Shown here piece after piece: positions 5,762-15,269 of a DNA stretch of 64,000 nucleotides. Position numbers and translations under genes: made by a program. The notes beneath the pieces were generated by a model. That model saw only the letters and a program-made list of their open reading frames with translations. It was not told where the DNA came from and did no database searches. How positions within the stretch are numbered: the stretch's first letter is position 1; every line of letters starts with the position of its first letter. The stretch is from Desulfomonilia bacterium (GTDB lineage Bacteria > Desulfobacterota > Desulfomonilia > UBA1062). The stretch covers positions 256,001 through 320,000 of the forward strand of contig CAXXDQ010000004.1 in the NCBI GenBank assembly GCA_963664325.2. Direction: 5' to 3'.

Positions 5762-8120
5762 TTGTTTTTTCTCCTTTTCCTAAAAGAATGCTCCACCAAA
5801 GTGGCAGATGAAGAGTAGCGAACCTTTCTTTATCATTTAAATGTAGATACATTTCGAGTAATGAAACCTGACTATCTGCGTGAATGGACATTCTACGTAA
5901 TTCATTTCTGAACTTCTGCAGCATCCAGACTATTCCAGGAAGATAAAGGACTCCTTCGTCGTACCAAATATTCAGAAGAGATAAAGCGTTTTGAAAGAAA
6001 CCTTTGCCTAGTTTTCCTTGCCCTGCAACAAAGGCAGCCAGAGGTTTAACGACACAATCATCCACTTCATTGACGATTTCTTCTTTGGAAGAGTCATATA
6101 GTTTCCATTTCACTGCAAGCTTTAATCTTACAGATTCATGTTGATACTTTTGCAAATATTGTTTGTCTTCAATATTTCTTTTGAACGATGCCATATGTGA
6201 TGTGAAGAATAGTGCCAAAGAGTCTTTTCTTAGACATTCTCCTCCATCATAAAGCGGGCAACCCAACCAGTTTTTTCTGCACATGTAGCAGGGTAACTTA
6301 TTCTCTTTTGCAGCGCTTAAGGCCAGTTTTGTCTCTTCCGCCATTTTACTAATCGGAAACTGAGGATGGTGCAAAGTCAAACCGCCACTAAGCCCTATGT
6401 CCAGATTTCCGCAAGTATAATCTCTAAAGGTATTCCCGAGGTCAACAGCAAGTTCAGCAACATCGCTCCATGCACCGACTAGAAAGAGATCATCTCCTCC
6501 GGCATAAATGACTTGTATATTTCGACGCTTCATAGTCTCTTTACGAAATGAAAGGATTCTGTTGGTTTTGTTTTCACACAGAGTCATTAAATGAGATTTA
6601 AAAAAATAATTTATGTTCCGTGAAAATGAAGAAACTTTTGTAAGAGAATCTTCACCATAAAACCCTTCATGAATCAGTTTCCCTACATTGTCGGCATCCA
6701 TTCTTAGCGCACCTACCAACTTTGCGCCATCTGATGATTCAGCCAAATATTCAACAGAAGCCATGCTTCCATCTCTAAGTGAATCTATTTCTTCTTCAAT
6801 TAATCTCTTTTGTTCGTTGTCAGATGCCGATGAACACTCCTTAATGAGTATATTCATTTTTTCATTTATGTTGATGCGAATACTATCCTGTAAATCACAG
6901 TTTCTTGTTGTGTATTGGTTATTCATTACTGGTCTGGCACCTTTTTTGATGCGTAATACAAAATCATTATCTTCTCGATTGAATAACCACAAACAGATAA
7001 GATCTTCACGAAGTTCATTTGCGAGAAGATAGTAGTCATCTTGAATCTGCAAACAACCTTGTGTAAAAACAGGGGAAGAATATATATAATTTGCAGTCGG
7101 AATTCGATTACCAATGTTTATGAGTTGATAACAAATATTACACACATATGCATCTGTCTCGCCAATCTGTCTTATTCCAGCACCAGGGTCGTCTCTGTGA
7201 CAAATCTGGCAGTCAGGATATGCTGGGTCAATATCATTAACAAATGGAAAGTGCCCCATTTCTATGAGTGTTTTATATTTTGATCTCTTGTTAGTAAATG
7301 TTTGATTATTTAGTTTGGTGAAAAGACCAGATAGGTTCATATCAAGTTCATTATTAGAACAAGTAATCCCACTAAAAACCGAATAGAGCTTGCCACCGAG
7401 GTTTTCAAGAAGCCATTTGTTGAGTTTATACGAAATTTCTTCATAAAGAAGTTCTTGATAATTTGGAGGACAACTTGAGATTATGTAGATGCTTCCACCT
7501 CCATCCATCAAAACATTAACTGAATGTAAATGAAATACATCTAAGATTTGTCTGATAATGTGACAGGTCAATAATTCTATAAAAAATGATCTGGCTCTGA
7601 GATTTTTTAGGGCACCCCTTGAAATGATGTTGTATATGAATGTTTGAATACCAGAAATGTCTATGTTGACAAATAGAACTCCTTGATGTCCTAAATTTTC
7701 TTGGTTCCATTTTATCAAATGTCTGGCAGCTTTGATCTTATAGATGTCGTAGACAGCATCAATACCATCTTCTTTGAAAGGGATATTCCCTCCAAATTTC
7801 TCAAGTAAATAAAGCAATTGATTTGAATTAAGAGATGACAGGTATGACTCTGAAAGACCATTAAAGTATGTATTGATATCACTTAGTACTTTCTTTTTGT
7901 TGTCTTCGAATATCGATAAGTTATCATGAGATGGGTAAGGAATTGTCGATGTGAGGCTGAGGGGTGGAGTGTAGTAGATTGGCCTACCATTATTCCTTTC
8001 ACTAAATCCAGTTAAGTTAAAAATCGACTGTAAATAAATATTGGAACTTGATCTATACCAATCTCCAATTATTTTTACACCTTCCAATAGGACAGGTGTT
8101 ACGATTGTATCTGCATGCAT
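5727..8120 (-). CDS. cas10: Cas10/Csm1 with intact Palm cyclase motif and deleted/degenerate HD domain
   Basis: DISGIQTFIY, LRARSFFIELL, CQIC...CNIC zinc finger, RMDADNVG and YAGGDDLF are present. No HD/HDIGK motif is found in the N-terminus. Confidence 0.95.
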   Translation of the reverse strand: MHADTIVTPVLLEGVKIIGDWYRSSSNIYLQSIFNLTGFSERNNGRPIYYTPPLSLTSTIPYPSHDNLSIFEDNKKKVLSDINTYFNGLSESYLSSLNSNQLLYLLEKFGGNIPFKEDGIDAVYDIYKIKAARHLIKWNQENLGHQGVLFVNIDISGIQTFIYNIISRGALKNLRARSFFIELLTCHIIRQILDVFHLHSVNVLMDGGGSIYIISSCPPNYQELLYEEISYKLNKWLLENLGGKLYSVFSGITCSNNELDMNLSGLFTKLNNQTFTNKRSKYKTLIEMGHFPFVNDIDPAYPDCQICHRDDPGAGIRQIGETDAYVCNICYQLINIGNRIPTANYIYSSPVFTQGCLQIQDDYYLLANELREDLICLWLFNREDNDFVLRIKKGARPVMNNQYTTRNCDLQDSIRININEKMNILIKECSSASDNEQKRLIEEEIDSLRDGSMASVEYLAESSDGAKLVGALRMDADNVGKLIHEGFYGEDSLTKVSSFSRNINYFFKSHLMTLCENKTNRILSFRKETMKRRNIQVIYAGGDDLFLVGAWSDVAELAVDLGNTFRDYTCGNLDIGLSGGLTLHHPQFPISKMAEETKLALSAAKENKLPCYMCRKNWLGCPLYDGGECLRKDSLALFFTSHMASFKRNIEDKQYLQKYQHESVRLKLAVKWKLYDSSKEEIVNEVDDCVVKPLAAFVAGQGKLGKGFFQNALSLLNIWYDEGVLYLPGIVWMLQKFRNELRRMSIHADSQVSLLEMYLHLNDKERFATLHLPLWWSILLGKGEKTNDYKINGREAL

Positions 8121-8205
8121 ACGAAATAATCCTCCTCAGATTATCACCAGTTTTTTTTAAAATATGTTTTTTACATATGGATTACGAACATTCTTCTTAT
8201 TAAAA

Positions 8206-9207
8206 CTATGCACTTATTATCACCTCCTGACATTTATAAAGCTGTATCCTCACTACATACTGCCCCATCCCAAACACCGTGCCTTTGCCGATGTGCAGGA
8301 TTTCGCCCGCCTTGAGCAGTGGCATGAATGGCTCGATTTCTCCCTCGAATGTGATGCCGCCCACGAAACCGCCCATGTTGATCTTTTGTTCCTGCCTGCC
8401 CGAATAGCGCTCCCAGTCATAATGCCGGATGCGTCTGGCTATGGTCCTAACGTTACCAGCCTTTTCGATGATCTTTTTATAATCATATTCCTGCCGCTCC
8501 TGTGCGTTTCCGTGAAAATAGGACAGCAGCGACATCCTGCGTAAAAGATTCCTGATGATAATATGAAACTCGACGTTTTCGGTGAGACGGCCGTTGTATG
8601 AAATCCGCGTAGGGGTCTTGAAATCGAGCTTCACCTGCGACGTAATGCAAGGCCCGCCCTCGAATAACACCGGGCCCAAAGGCAGCACGTCTTTTCCTGT
8701 ATCCGAGAGAACCCCGGTTTCGGCTGAATAGAGAGTCTGGCCCGCCGAGTTTGTATTGCCGTCAAGTTCCAGGCTATTGACTTTTTTCAGTGTGAAATGT
8801 CCGCGACCCTTGCCCAGCCCGGTCCTGCCCATTTCGTCAAACGTATGGATGAAATAGGGGAGGTAATCAACAGCCCTTCCAATAAGCGTAAGGCCGAAAG
8901 CTATCTCATCGCCGGGTTTGTAGCCCCTTCTGGATTCCGCTGGAGGTTCGATGACAAAGGGATGCGGCGCGGCTTCGTATTTTCTCATGACCTTCGTATC
9001 AGGCGGGGGAGGGGTTTCAAAGATATAGGAATATACGCATCTGCTTTTCAGGAGGCATTCCGCACATTCCTTATCCCTGACAATGCATACGACACGCCGA
9101 AAAACCGAGCCGAAAGCCCCTCGAAGAGTGGAGCCCTTGAACGACGGCAGAATGATAGGGTCCACCGCCTCAAGAACAAATTCATATTTCCCGACATCGA
9201 TATTCAT
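8206..9207 (-). CDS. cas6: CRISPR pre-crRNA processing endoribonuclease Cas6
   Basis: GSTLRGAFG, Cys cluster CIVRDKECAECLLKSRCVY, PHPFVIEPP and C-terminal HIGKGTVFGMGQY glycine loop. Start is uncertain (ORF open to 9264). Confidence 0.92.
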   Translation of the reverse strand: MNIDVGKYEFVLEAVDPIILPSFKGSTLRGAFGSVFRRVVCIVRDKECAECLLKSRCVYSYIFETPPPPDTKVMRKYEAAPHPFVIEPPAESRRGYKPGDEIAFGLTLIGRAVDYLPYFIHTFDEMGRTGLGKGRGHFTLKKVNSLELDGNTNSAGQTLYSAETGVLSDTGKDVLPLGPVLFEGGPCITSQVKLDFKTPTRISYNGRLTENVEFHIIIRNLLRRMSLLSYFHGNAQERQEYDYKKIIEKAGNVRTIARRIRHYDWERYSGRQEQKINMGGFVGGITFEGEIEPFMPLLKAGEILHIGKGTVFGMGQYVVRIQLYKCQEVIISA

Positions 9208-9411
9208 AAAGATACGGCTAAAAAGCCTAACCTCCACAATAATATGACATCCGCTTGGAAACATAAATATGAGCTAAAGATATCTCAAGATTACACGGCA
9301 ATGATGCTGATTAAAACATATATACTATACATTTTAAATTAAGGGAAATACTTACATGAAAATTTTTTATTGGCGAGATCATGGCAGGCGGCCAAACGTT
9401 ACGGTTAGAGG

Positions 9412-9906
9412 TTAGAGATTATAATAACTTTTATATTTATACCTCCACATCCCTGCACCTCGCGCCTTGGCCTCTTTTTCATAGTTTATGAAGAGGTCGC
9501 GCTCGGGAAAGTTAAAGCGCCGGTATGCCTTTGCATATCCGTCTCTTATGATGCGGCTGTTCACCATGGTGGGCCCGAGATAGACATATGCGAGCGTCCT
9601 GCCGTATTTGTCAAACGGCTCACGGCCGATCCTTATTGTAACGAGTCTTCTTTCGACAAGCCTTTTCATATAATCCCGGCTTTCATCCCCAAAAGGTTCC
9701 GCATTCCTGTAAGGTGAATCAATTTCCGGCGCATCAACTCCGATAAGCCTTACATGCCTTCCGTCATCAAGGATAATCGTATCGCCATCGATAACCCTTT
9801 TTACGACGTGTGCGTTCGTTCCGCTGACATGGCTGTAGACGGCCAGGCTCAATATCCCTGCAATGACGGCTACCACCGCCCAGGGAACTCGTTTAACTGC
9901 CCTCAC
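9412..9906 (-). CDS. Thermonuclease (SNase) family protein with N-terminal membrane anchor/signal
   Basis: VIDGDTI, VRLIGVDAPE and DKYGRTLAYV motifs; hydrophobic N-terminus. Confidence 0.92.
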   Translation of the reverse strand: MRAVKRVPWAVVAVIAGILSLAVYSHVSGTNAHVVKRVIDGDTIILDDGRHVRLIGVDAPEIDSPYRNAEPFGDESRDYMKRLVERRLVTIRIGREPFDKYGRTLAYVYLGPTMVNSRIIRDGYAKAYRRFNFPERDLFINYEKEAKARGAGMWRYKYKSYYNL

Positions 9907-11072
9907 TTTTTATCCTTTTCATTTTTTACCGGGAAAAGCGAGGCGTTTTCCCTGTCAATCTGGTCAAGCCCTTCAAGAACAGCCTCAGCATATTGGTCGC
10001 TGAATGTGACAGGTCCTACATGCATGCCGGGAAGGATTTTGAATGTAAGCTTTGAACCGCTGGCAACATTTGCCGGGTAGTATGTTTTCCAGAATTTTTC
10101 CACATCGCCCGCGGACGGATTATCCGGGTCTTTTATGCCGTAATCTTTGGGGTCCATGCATGTATCGGACCTGCCGAATATCACAACAATATTTTTTACA
10201 CCGGGTACGGCGGCATTGGTATCATCAAGGTATCCCGCGCAATCCTCCATGTCCCTGCACGACCTGCCGAGCTTTGACGGCTGGCACGATGAAATGCTGT
10301 CAGAGACCGACCTTGCCGCATCCCCGGTAACCCCGCATGTAAGCCCCCAGCCCGCCCCCAGCGCATCAGACGCATATTTGCTGAAAGTGAGCGTTCCTAT
10401 GTGAAGACCTTCCCACGAAAACCGCGCAAGAAGATGGCATGTGCAGCCCCATTTTTTATATCCTGCCGAACAGACGGTAGAAAGCCCTGTTACTGCATCC
10501 GGGTAGTTGCATGCAAACTCCCTTGCAAGCATCCCGCCGTGAGACCACCCCACCGCGCACACTTTTGTCTTTATATTACCGGGGTTTATTGCAACCGGCT
10601 TGCCGTTTATTTTGATCTCCATATCCGTAAGCGGCTTGTACCCGTCAATAGAAACTCCTGATTCATTGAAAAGGTATCGGACCATGGCCATCAGAACCAC
10701 CATCTTGCCCCTGTCTCCCCGCCAGAGAGGGTCCTTGCCGTATGGCGTATCGCAAACAGGGACAACGACAATACCGGACCTGCTCTGGACTCCGAGAAGT
10801 TCCGTGAAATTATAACCGTCTTTCGGCCTCTGGCCGTGCCCCTGGAAAAAGACAATCGCTTCCCCTCCGAGCTCTCCCCTGGCTTTGTCCGCTTCCTTTT
10901 CCTCTTTTATCCGGTAATCAATCATCAGGTAATAGGCGTTTATCGTCTCAGAATTGAAGGTCACTTCCATTTTTTTCACTTCGGCTTTCGGCGGAAGCAC
11001 CCTTTCGTATGCAAGGCCCGTTTCAGGCAATAAGGCCAGTGACATAATCACCCCCAGGACAAATATTCTCAT
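9903..11072 (-). CDS. Secreted alpha/beta-hydrolase fold protein
   Basis: Signal peptide and GWSHGG nucleophile elbow. Candidate Asp (FGRSD) and His (GMHVGP) complete a triad. Confidence 0.7.
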   Translation of the reverse strand: MRIFVLGVIMSLALLPETGLAYERVLPPKAEVKKMEVTFNSETINAYYLMIDYRIKEEKEADKARGELGGEAIVFFQGHGQRPKDGYNFTELLGVQSRSGIVVVPVCDTPYGKDPLWRGDRGKMVVLMAMVRYLFNESGVSIDGYKPLTDMEIKINGKPVAINPGNIKTKVCAVGWSHGGMLAREFACNYPDAVTGLSTVCSAGYKKWGCTCHLLARFSWEGLHIGTLTFSKYASDALGAGWGLTCGVTGDAARSVSDSISSCQPSKLGRSCRDMEDCAGYLDDTNAAVPGVKNIVVIFGRSDTCMDPKDYGIKDPDNPSAGDVEKFWKTYYPANVASGSKLTFKILPGMHVGPVTFSDQYAEAVLEGLDQIDRENASLFPVKNEKDKK

Positions 11073-11348
11073 TAAAACCCCTATGGATTGAATTTGTTAT
11101 TTCTGATGTTATTGATATAACCTCAAAAAGATTGTCTTGCCAACAGACAAAAGGCGATAGGTGAAAACGATGATTATGAAGCCTGGCACCACATAATATC
11201 TGATTTTCCGGATAAAGTTGCTTCAGCTTAATGCAAGCTTCTGCGGTTCCAATCTGTCAGGGATCTGGGATTTCAGCCATGTTGAGCCAACAATTATAGT
11301 TGCAAACATTAATATGTTCACCGGCAGGAAGTATGGTTAAGGTCAAAT

Positions 11349-12446
11349 TCATTTTGAGTCGAAGCAGTGATGCAGTCTTTTCGGCAATTGATGATAATCA
11401 ACCGCTTGTGATTCAAGGGATAGATCAACCGAGTTGAAAGTGTTCCAGAACAGGACCGTATCATTCGCATGGGCGGCATCCTTTATGAAGTCCAGAACAG
11501 CGGCGCAGGTTTTACCCGTGTACACCGGTTCCAGATTGATCCCTTCTTCTTTGAAACGCTCAACCGCCGCCAGTCCCTTTTCAGTTGGTATGCCGTAGCC
11601 GGCCCCCACATAATCATTCAGCATGAGTGGCGGACTGATCCTAAGGTCGGGAATATCCCGACAATTGCGCTTCATAAGGTCATACACGGCTTTCATCATC
11701 GCCGCTGCTACGGCGGGGGTGTTGAACTGCATGGGGCCTACGTGGTCCACTCCTGCACGTATCCCGATGACCGTGGTTTTGAAACCAGCCAATGCAAAGC
11801 CGAGGGAGAGTCCGGCCAGGGTCCCGTTGGAAGCAGTGGGACAGAAGATATAAGCCGGGGAAGGCATCTCTCCTGCCTCGACCTGGCGGACGAGTTCAAA
11901 GGCCGCATTGACAAAGCCCAGCGTACCGATCAGGGAAGACCCGCCTGCAGGCAGGAAATAGGCTCGCGGATGGCGTAGTCTCTGCAGGAGGTAATAATGC
12001 AGTCCGGCATGAACCATGCCTGGGTGATAGATCAGGTCGGCCCGGTAGTGATAAAAGAGACGCAGGTTGTGCCGCACGAACGGGGTGACCAACTGATTAA
12101 AGAGGATCAGGGTGCATGCTATCCCGAGCCTATGGCAGAATATGGCAGTGGCAAGACCATGGTTGGTGCCGATGCCGCCTATGGTCACAATGCGCTTCGC
12201 ACCCTTTTGTACGGCATCGCCCAGGATGAACTCCAGTTTGCGAACCTTGTTGCCGCCATAATGAGGGCTTAAGAGATCGTCCCTCTTGATCCAGAGGCTG
12301 TCATGATCCAGACGGGACATACGCTCCACTCGCGTAACCGATGTATCAAGCGGTATCCAAGCGATATTCCTGCCAAGCCCGGGGTACCACTCAAAGATAA
12401 GCGGCCGGGGATTTTTTGTTGACACCATTAAAGCCTCCTTATTCAA
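11349..12446 (-). CDS. PLP-dependent D-cysteine desulfhydrase / ACC deaminase family enzyme
   Basis: LWIKRDD, GGNKVRKLEF (PLP lysine) and LEPVYTGK. Confidence 0.88.
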   Translation of the reverse strand: MNKEALMVSTKNPRPLIFEWYPGLGRNIAWIPLDTSVTRVERMSRLDHDSLWIKRDDLLSPHYGGNKVRKLEFILGDAVQKGAKRIVTIGGIGTNHGLATAIFCHRLGIACTLILFNQLVTPFVRHNLRLFYHYRADLIYHPGMVHAGLHYYLLQRLRHPRAYFLPAGGSSLIGTLGFVNAAFELVRQVEAGEMPSPAYIFCPTASNGTLAGLSLGFALAGFKTTVIGIRAGVDHVGPMQFNTPAVAAAMMKAVYDLMKRNCRDIPDLRISPPLMLNDYVGAGYGIPTEKGLAAVERFKEEGINLEPVYTGKTCAAVLDFIKDAAHANDTVLFWNTFNSVDLSLESQAVDYHQLPKRLHHCFDSK

Positions 12447-12464
12447 TCATTGCAGAAAGGCCTG

Positions 12465-14069
12465 TCATGTACGGGTATAAACCGTCACCCCTTCAACGAT
12501 AGTCTTTTCCACACGGATATTGTGGATTTCATTGATGGGCGTTGTAAGCGGATTGCGTGACAGGATAACCATATCGGCGCGCTTGCCGGGCGTGAGGCTG
12601 CCCTTAACCGATTCCTCGAATTGTGCATAGGCGGCGTCTATCGTAAACATGCGCAGGGCTTCCATTATGGTTATACCCTGCCTGGGTTCGAAGCCTTCGC
12701 GAGTGACGCAGCACTCAATGGCATGAAGAACCTCTGGTGATTCTATGGGCGCATCCGACGCCCCGGCCAGGCGAATGCCCGCATCAAGCATCGAGCGGAA
12801 AGGATAGGTCTGTTTTGCCCGTTCCCGGCCGAGCCGCTTATGCAGCCAGTGCTTTTCCGAATGGATGAACAATGGCTGGGTGGAAACGACCAGTCCCAGG
12901 CGGGCAATACAAGCAATCGTTTCTTCATCTAAAATGGAGGCATGCTCGATGCGGTGCCTGTGGCCGGGCATAGGATGCTCCGTCAACAGGCGGTTGAAGA
13001 GTTCTGTGCACAGGCGGTTGGCCTCATCGCCGATTGCATGGACACATATCTGAAGTCCTGACAGGTGGGCGATAAGCATACGGCGGTAAAGTTCTTCAGG
13101 GGTATGCATGAGCAGGCCTCTTGTTTCCGGATGATCTGAATAGGGTTCCTGCATAAAGGCGGTGCATGAGCCGAAGGCTCCGTCCGCATAGAACTTGACG
13201 CCACCGATCCTGTTGCCCCCAAGGCTTCTTTGATGAAGTACGGTTTGGCGGGCAGCCTCGACCTGCGCAGGATCGTCGGTGATCAGAAGGCCGTATAGAT
13301 TTACAGGGACATGGGAAAGGAGCAGCTGCATGGCCAGCACATCATAGGTCCCGGCCGCTCCTGCAGGCCCTTCGGCCCCGGTCTGCAGCACTATGCCGGC
13401 AGACGTTATGCCATAGGAGGCAAGCTTTTTGAATGTATCCTGCCCGCTTTTTTCATAGACGTCCATGTCCGGCATGGGCATTGCGCTCAGTACCTGATGC
13501 GCCGAGGCTTCCCTGAATACCCCTGTCGGGTAGCCGTTCTCTTCTCTGTCGATAACTCCCGCAGGCGGGTCCGGCGTATCCGCGGTTATACCCATCGCCT
13601 CAATGGCCCGCGTGTTGGTGATAACCAGATGGGCGTCGTGCCTGAGCACGATCATTGGACGGCCGAGACAGGCCGCGTCCAGGTCATGCCGTGATGGCAG
13701 CTGCTGCGGCTTGAGTTTCTGTTCGTCGAAATTAAGTCCAACCAGCCAGCTTTCATGAGGCCCTTTAAGAGAGGCTTCCTGCAGTAACGTGATAAGTTCT
13801 TTTTTTGAGACTATACCGCCGAGGTCGGCGTTCATTTCATAGAATACCATAACAGTGGGATGGAGATGCGTGTCGATAAAACCGGGAAGCAGGGCGCCGC
13901 CGGACAGATCGATGCTTTCATATTCGCTGCCCAGGGCATCACGGCATTCCTTAATTGACCCAACCGAAATTATGGTGCCCTCTTTTACTGCAAGTGCTTC
14001 TGTTTGGGGACATGCGGGGTCCATGGTTACGATGTCGCCGCCGCTGTACAGTTGGCCTTTTTTCTGCAT
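12465..14069 (-). CDS. Amidohydrolase_3 (YtcJ-like) metal-dependent amidohydrolase
   Basis: PGFIDTHLH, KFYADG, HAIGD, RHRIEH and ASDAP. Confidence 0.9.
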   Translation of the reverse strand: MQKKGQLYSGGDIVTMDPACPQTEALAVKEGTIISVGSIKECRDALGSEYESIDLSGGALLPGFIDTHLHPTVMVFYEMNADLGGIVSKKELITLLQEASLKGPHESWLVGLNFDEQKLKPQQLPSRHDLDAACLGRPMIVLRHDAHLVITNTRAIEAMGITADTPDPPAGVIDREENGYPTGVFREASAHQVLSAMPMPDMDVYEKSGQDTFKKLASYGITSAGIVLQTGAEGPAGAAGTYDVLAMQLLLSHVPVNLYGLLITDDPAQVEAARQTVLHQRSLGGNRIGGVKFYADGAFGSCTAFMQEPYSDHPETRGLLMHTPEELYRRMLIAHLSGLQICVHAIGDEANRLCTELFNRLLTEHPMPGHRHRIEHASILDEETIACIARLGLVVSTQPLFIHSEKHWLHKRLGRERAKQTYPFRSMLDAGIRLAGASDAPIESPEVLHAIECCVTREGFEPRQGITIMEALRMFTIDAAYAQFEESVKGSLTPGKRADMVILSRNPLTTPINEIHNIRVEKTIVEGVTVYTRT

Positions 14070-14105
14070 CAGTTCACCCTGGTATAAATGTATAAGACCT
14101 CGTTA

Positions 14106-15269
14106 CTATTTCAGGGGCAGCGCGGAACCTACGGCCATAAGCAGGTACGCTGCAATGATAAAATACCTGAAGAACGGACCGCCCAGAAATCCCAGGCTGA
14201 AAAGAGGCCGCCCTCCCTCTGCGCGTTTTCGGCTCACCCCCAATGCAGGAGGTATCAAAATGGCCAGCAGGACCGCCATGGCACCTCCCGCGTAACGCAT
14301 ATAATCCAGGAATCCTGCCGAGGTACCTATGGCCATTAAAAAGGTCGGCAGCGTGGCGATGAGCCAAGCCGTACGATAGCCCCATTTAAGCCGTTCCACC
14401 ATGACGACAGCCAGGGCGTACGACACGGACCAGTAACTGGTGAGAAGGGCCAGAAATGCGAAGGTCGAGCCCAGGGCCAGCGCCCATGACCCGATCGCCC
14501 TGCTCCAGCCGATTATGGCAACTTCGGTCACGGGCCGGGAGACCAGGAGCACCATACAGTTGATCACCAGTACAAAGATAAAGTTGATTCCTATCCCCAG
14601 AACCACGGCCCCGGCAACCTTTCTTTTGTTCCAGGACAAGCCTTCCGCAGCCTGCGGCACAGAGAAAATGCCGGTGAAGCAGAACATGAGCATCCCGTAT
14701 AAGGCCAGCATTGTTCTGGATGTGCCTGTCAAGAGAGGTACATGATTGAACGGCCGTCCGAAAGACCACACGGAGAGGATGAGCAGAACCACACCGATTG
14801 CAATGATTGCAAACTTCTCGCTCAGACCGATGGCTTTCAATCCGAAAAAAACAACGCCCGCAGCCACGACATAGGAAATGAACATGCCGGCGGGCAGCGG
14901 CAGGGCCGTAAAATTCCTCAGCAATTCGCCGCACCCTACGATATATCCCGCCAGAAGGGCATAGAAGGTGACGACGATAAGGGCGAAGATCGTCCATGTT
15001 AAAGCGTTTCCCCAGCCGCCCTTAAAGAAAAGATACTTGCCGAAGATTTCGACCAGCTGCTGCGAAGTGTCGCCCCTTAGCACCACCTCTACGACCATCA
15101 GGTGTAAGAGGACGCTGATAAGAAAGGCAATGATCATTATGGCGAGCAGGTAAATAAATCCGTTGAGAGCCGCCAGGAAGGGAACGGCCATGATGCCGCC
15201 GCCGAACCCGAGACCCGCCACGACGCAGGCCGCTTCGAACACTGTAAGCTTTTTTGAAGTCGCACTCAT
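14106..15269 (-). CDS. Aromatic amino acid permease family (TyrP/Mtr-like) transporter
   Basis: GLGFGGGIMAVPF N-terminal motif, ~11 TM segments and ALLTSY. Confidence 0.75.
   Translation of the reverse strand: MSATSKKLTVFEAACVVAGLGFGGGIMAVPFLAALNGFIYLLAIMIIAFLISVLLHLMVVEVVLRGDTSQQLVEIFGKYLFFKGGWGNALTWTIFALIVVTFYALLAGYIVGCGELLRNFTALPLPAGMFISYVVAAGVVFFGLKAIGLSEKFAIIAIGVVLLILSVWSFGRPFNHVPLLTGTSRTMLALYGMLMFCFTGIFSVPQAAEGLSWNKRKVAGAVVLGIGINFIFVLVINCMVLLVSRPVTEVAIIGWSRAIGSWALALGSTFAFLALLTSYWSVSYALAVVMVERLKWGYRTAWLIATLPTFLMAIGTSAGFLDYMRYAGGAMAVLLAILIPPALGVSRKRAEGGRPLFSLGFLGGPFFRYFIIAAYLLMAVGSALPLK

Noticed and set aside
9412-9906. Thermonuclease next to cas6 as a possible CRISPR ancillary nuclease
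   Set aside because: It has an export/membrane signal, overlaps the upstream secreted hydrolase gene and is separated from cas6 by an AT-rich intergenic region. Adjacency is probably incidental.
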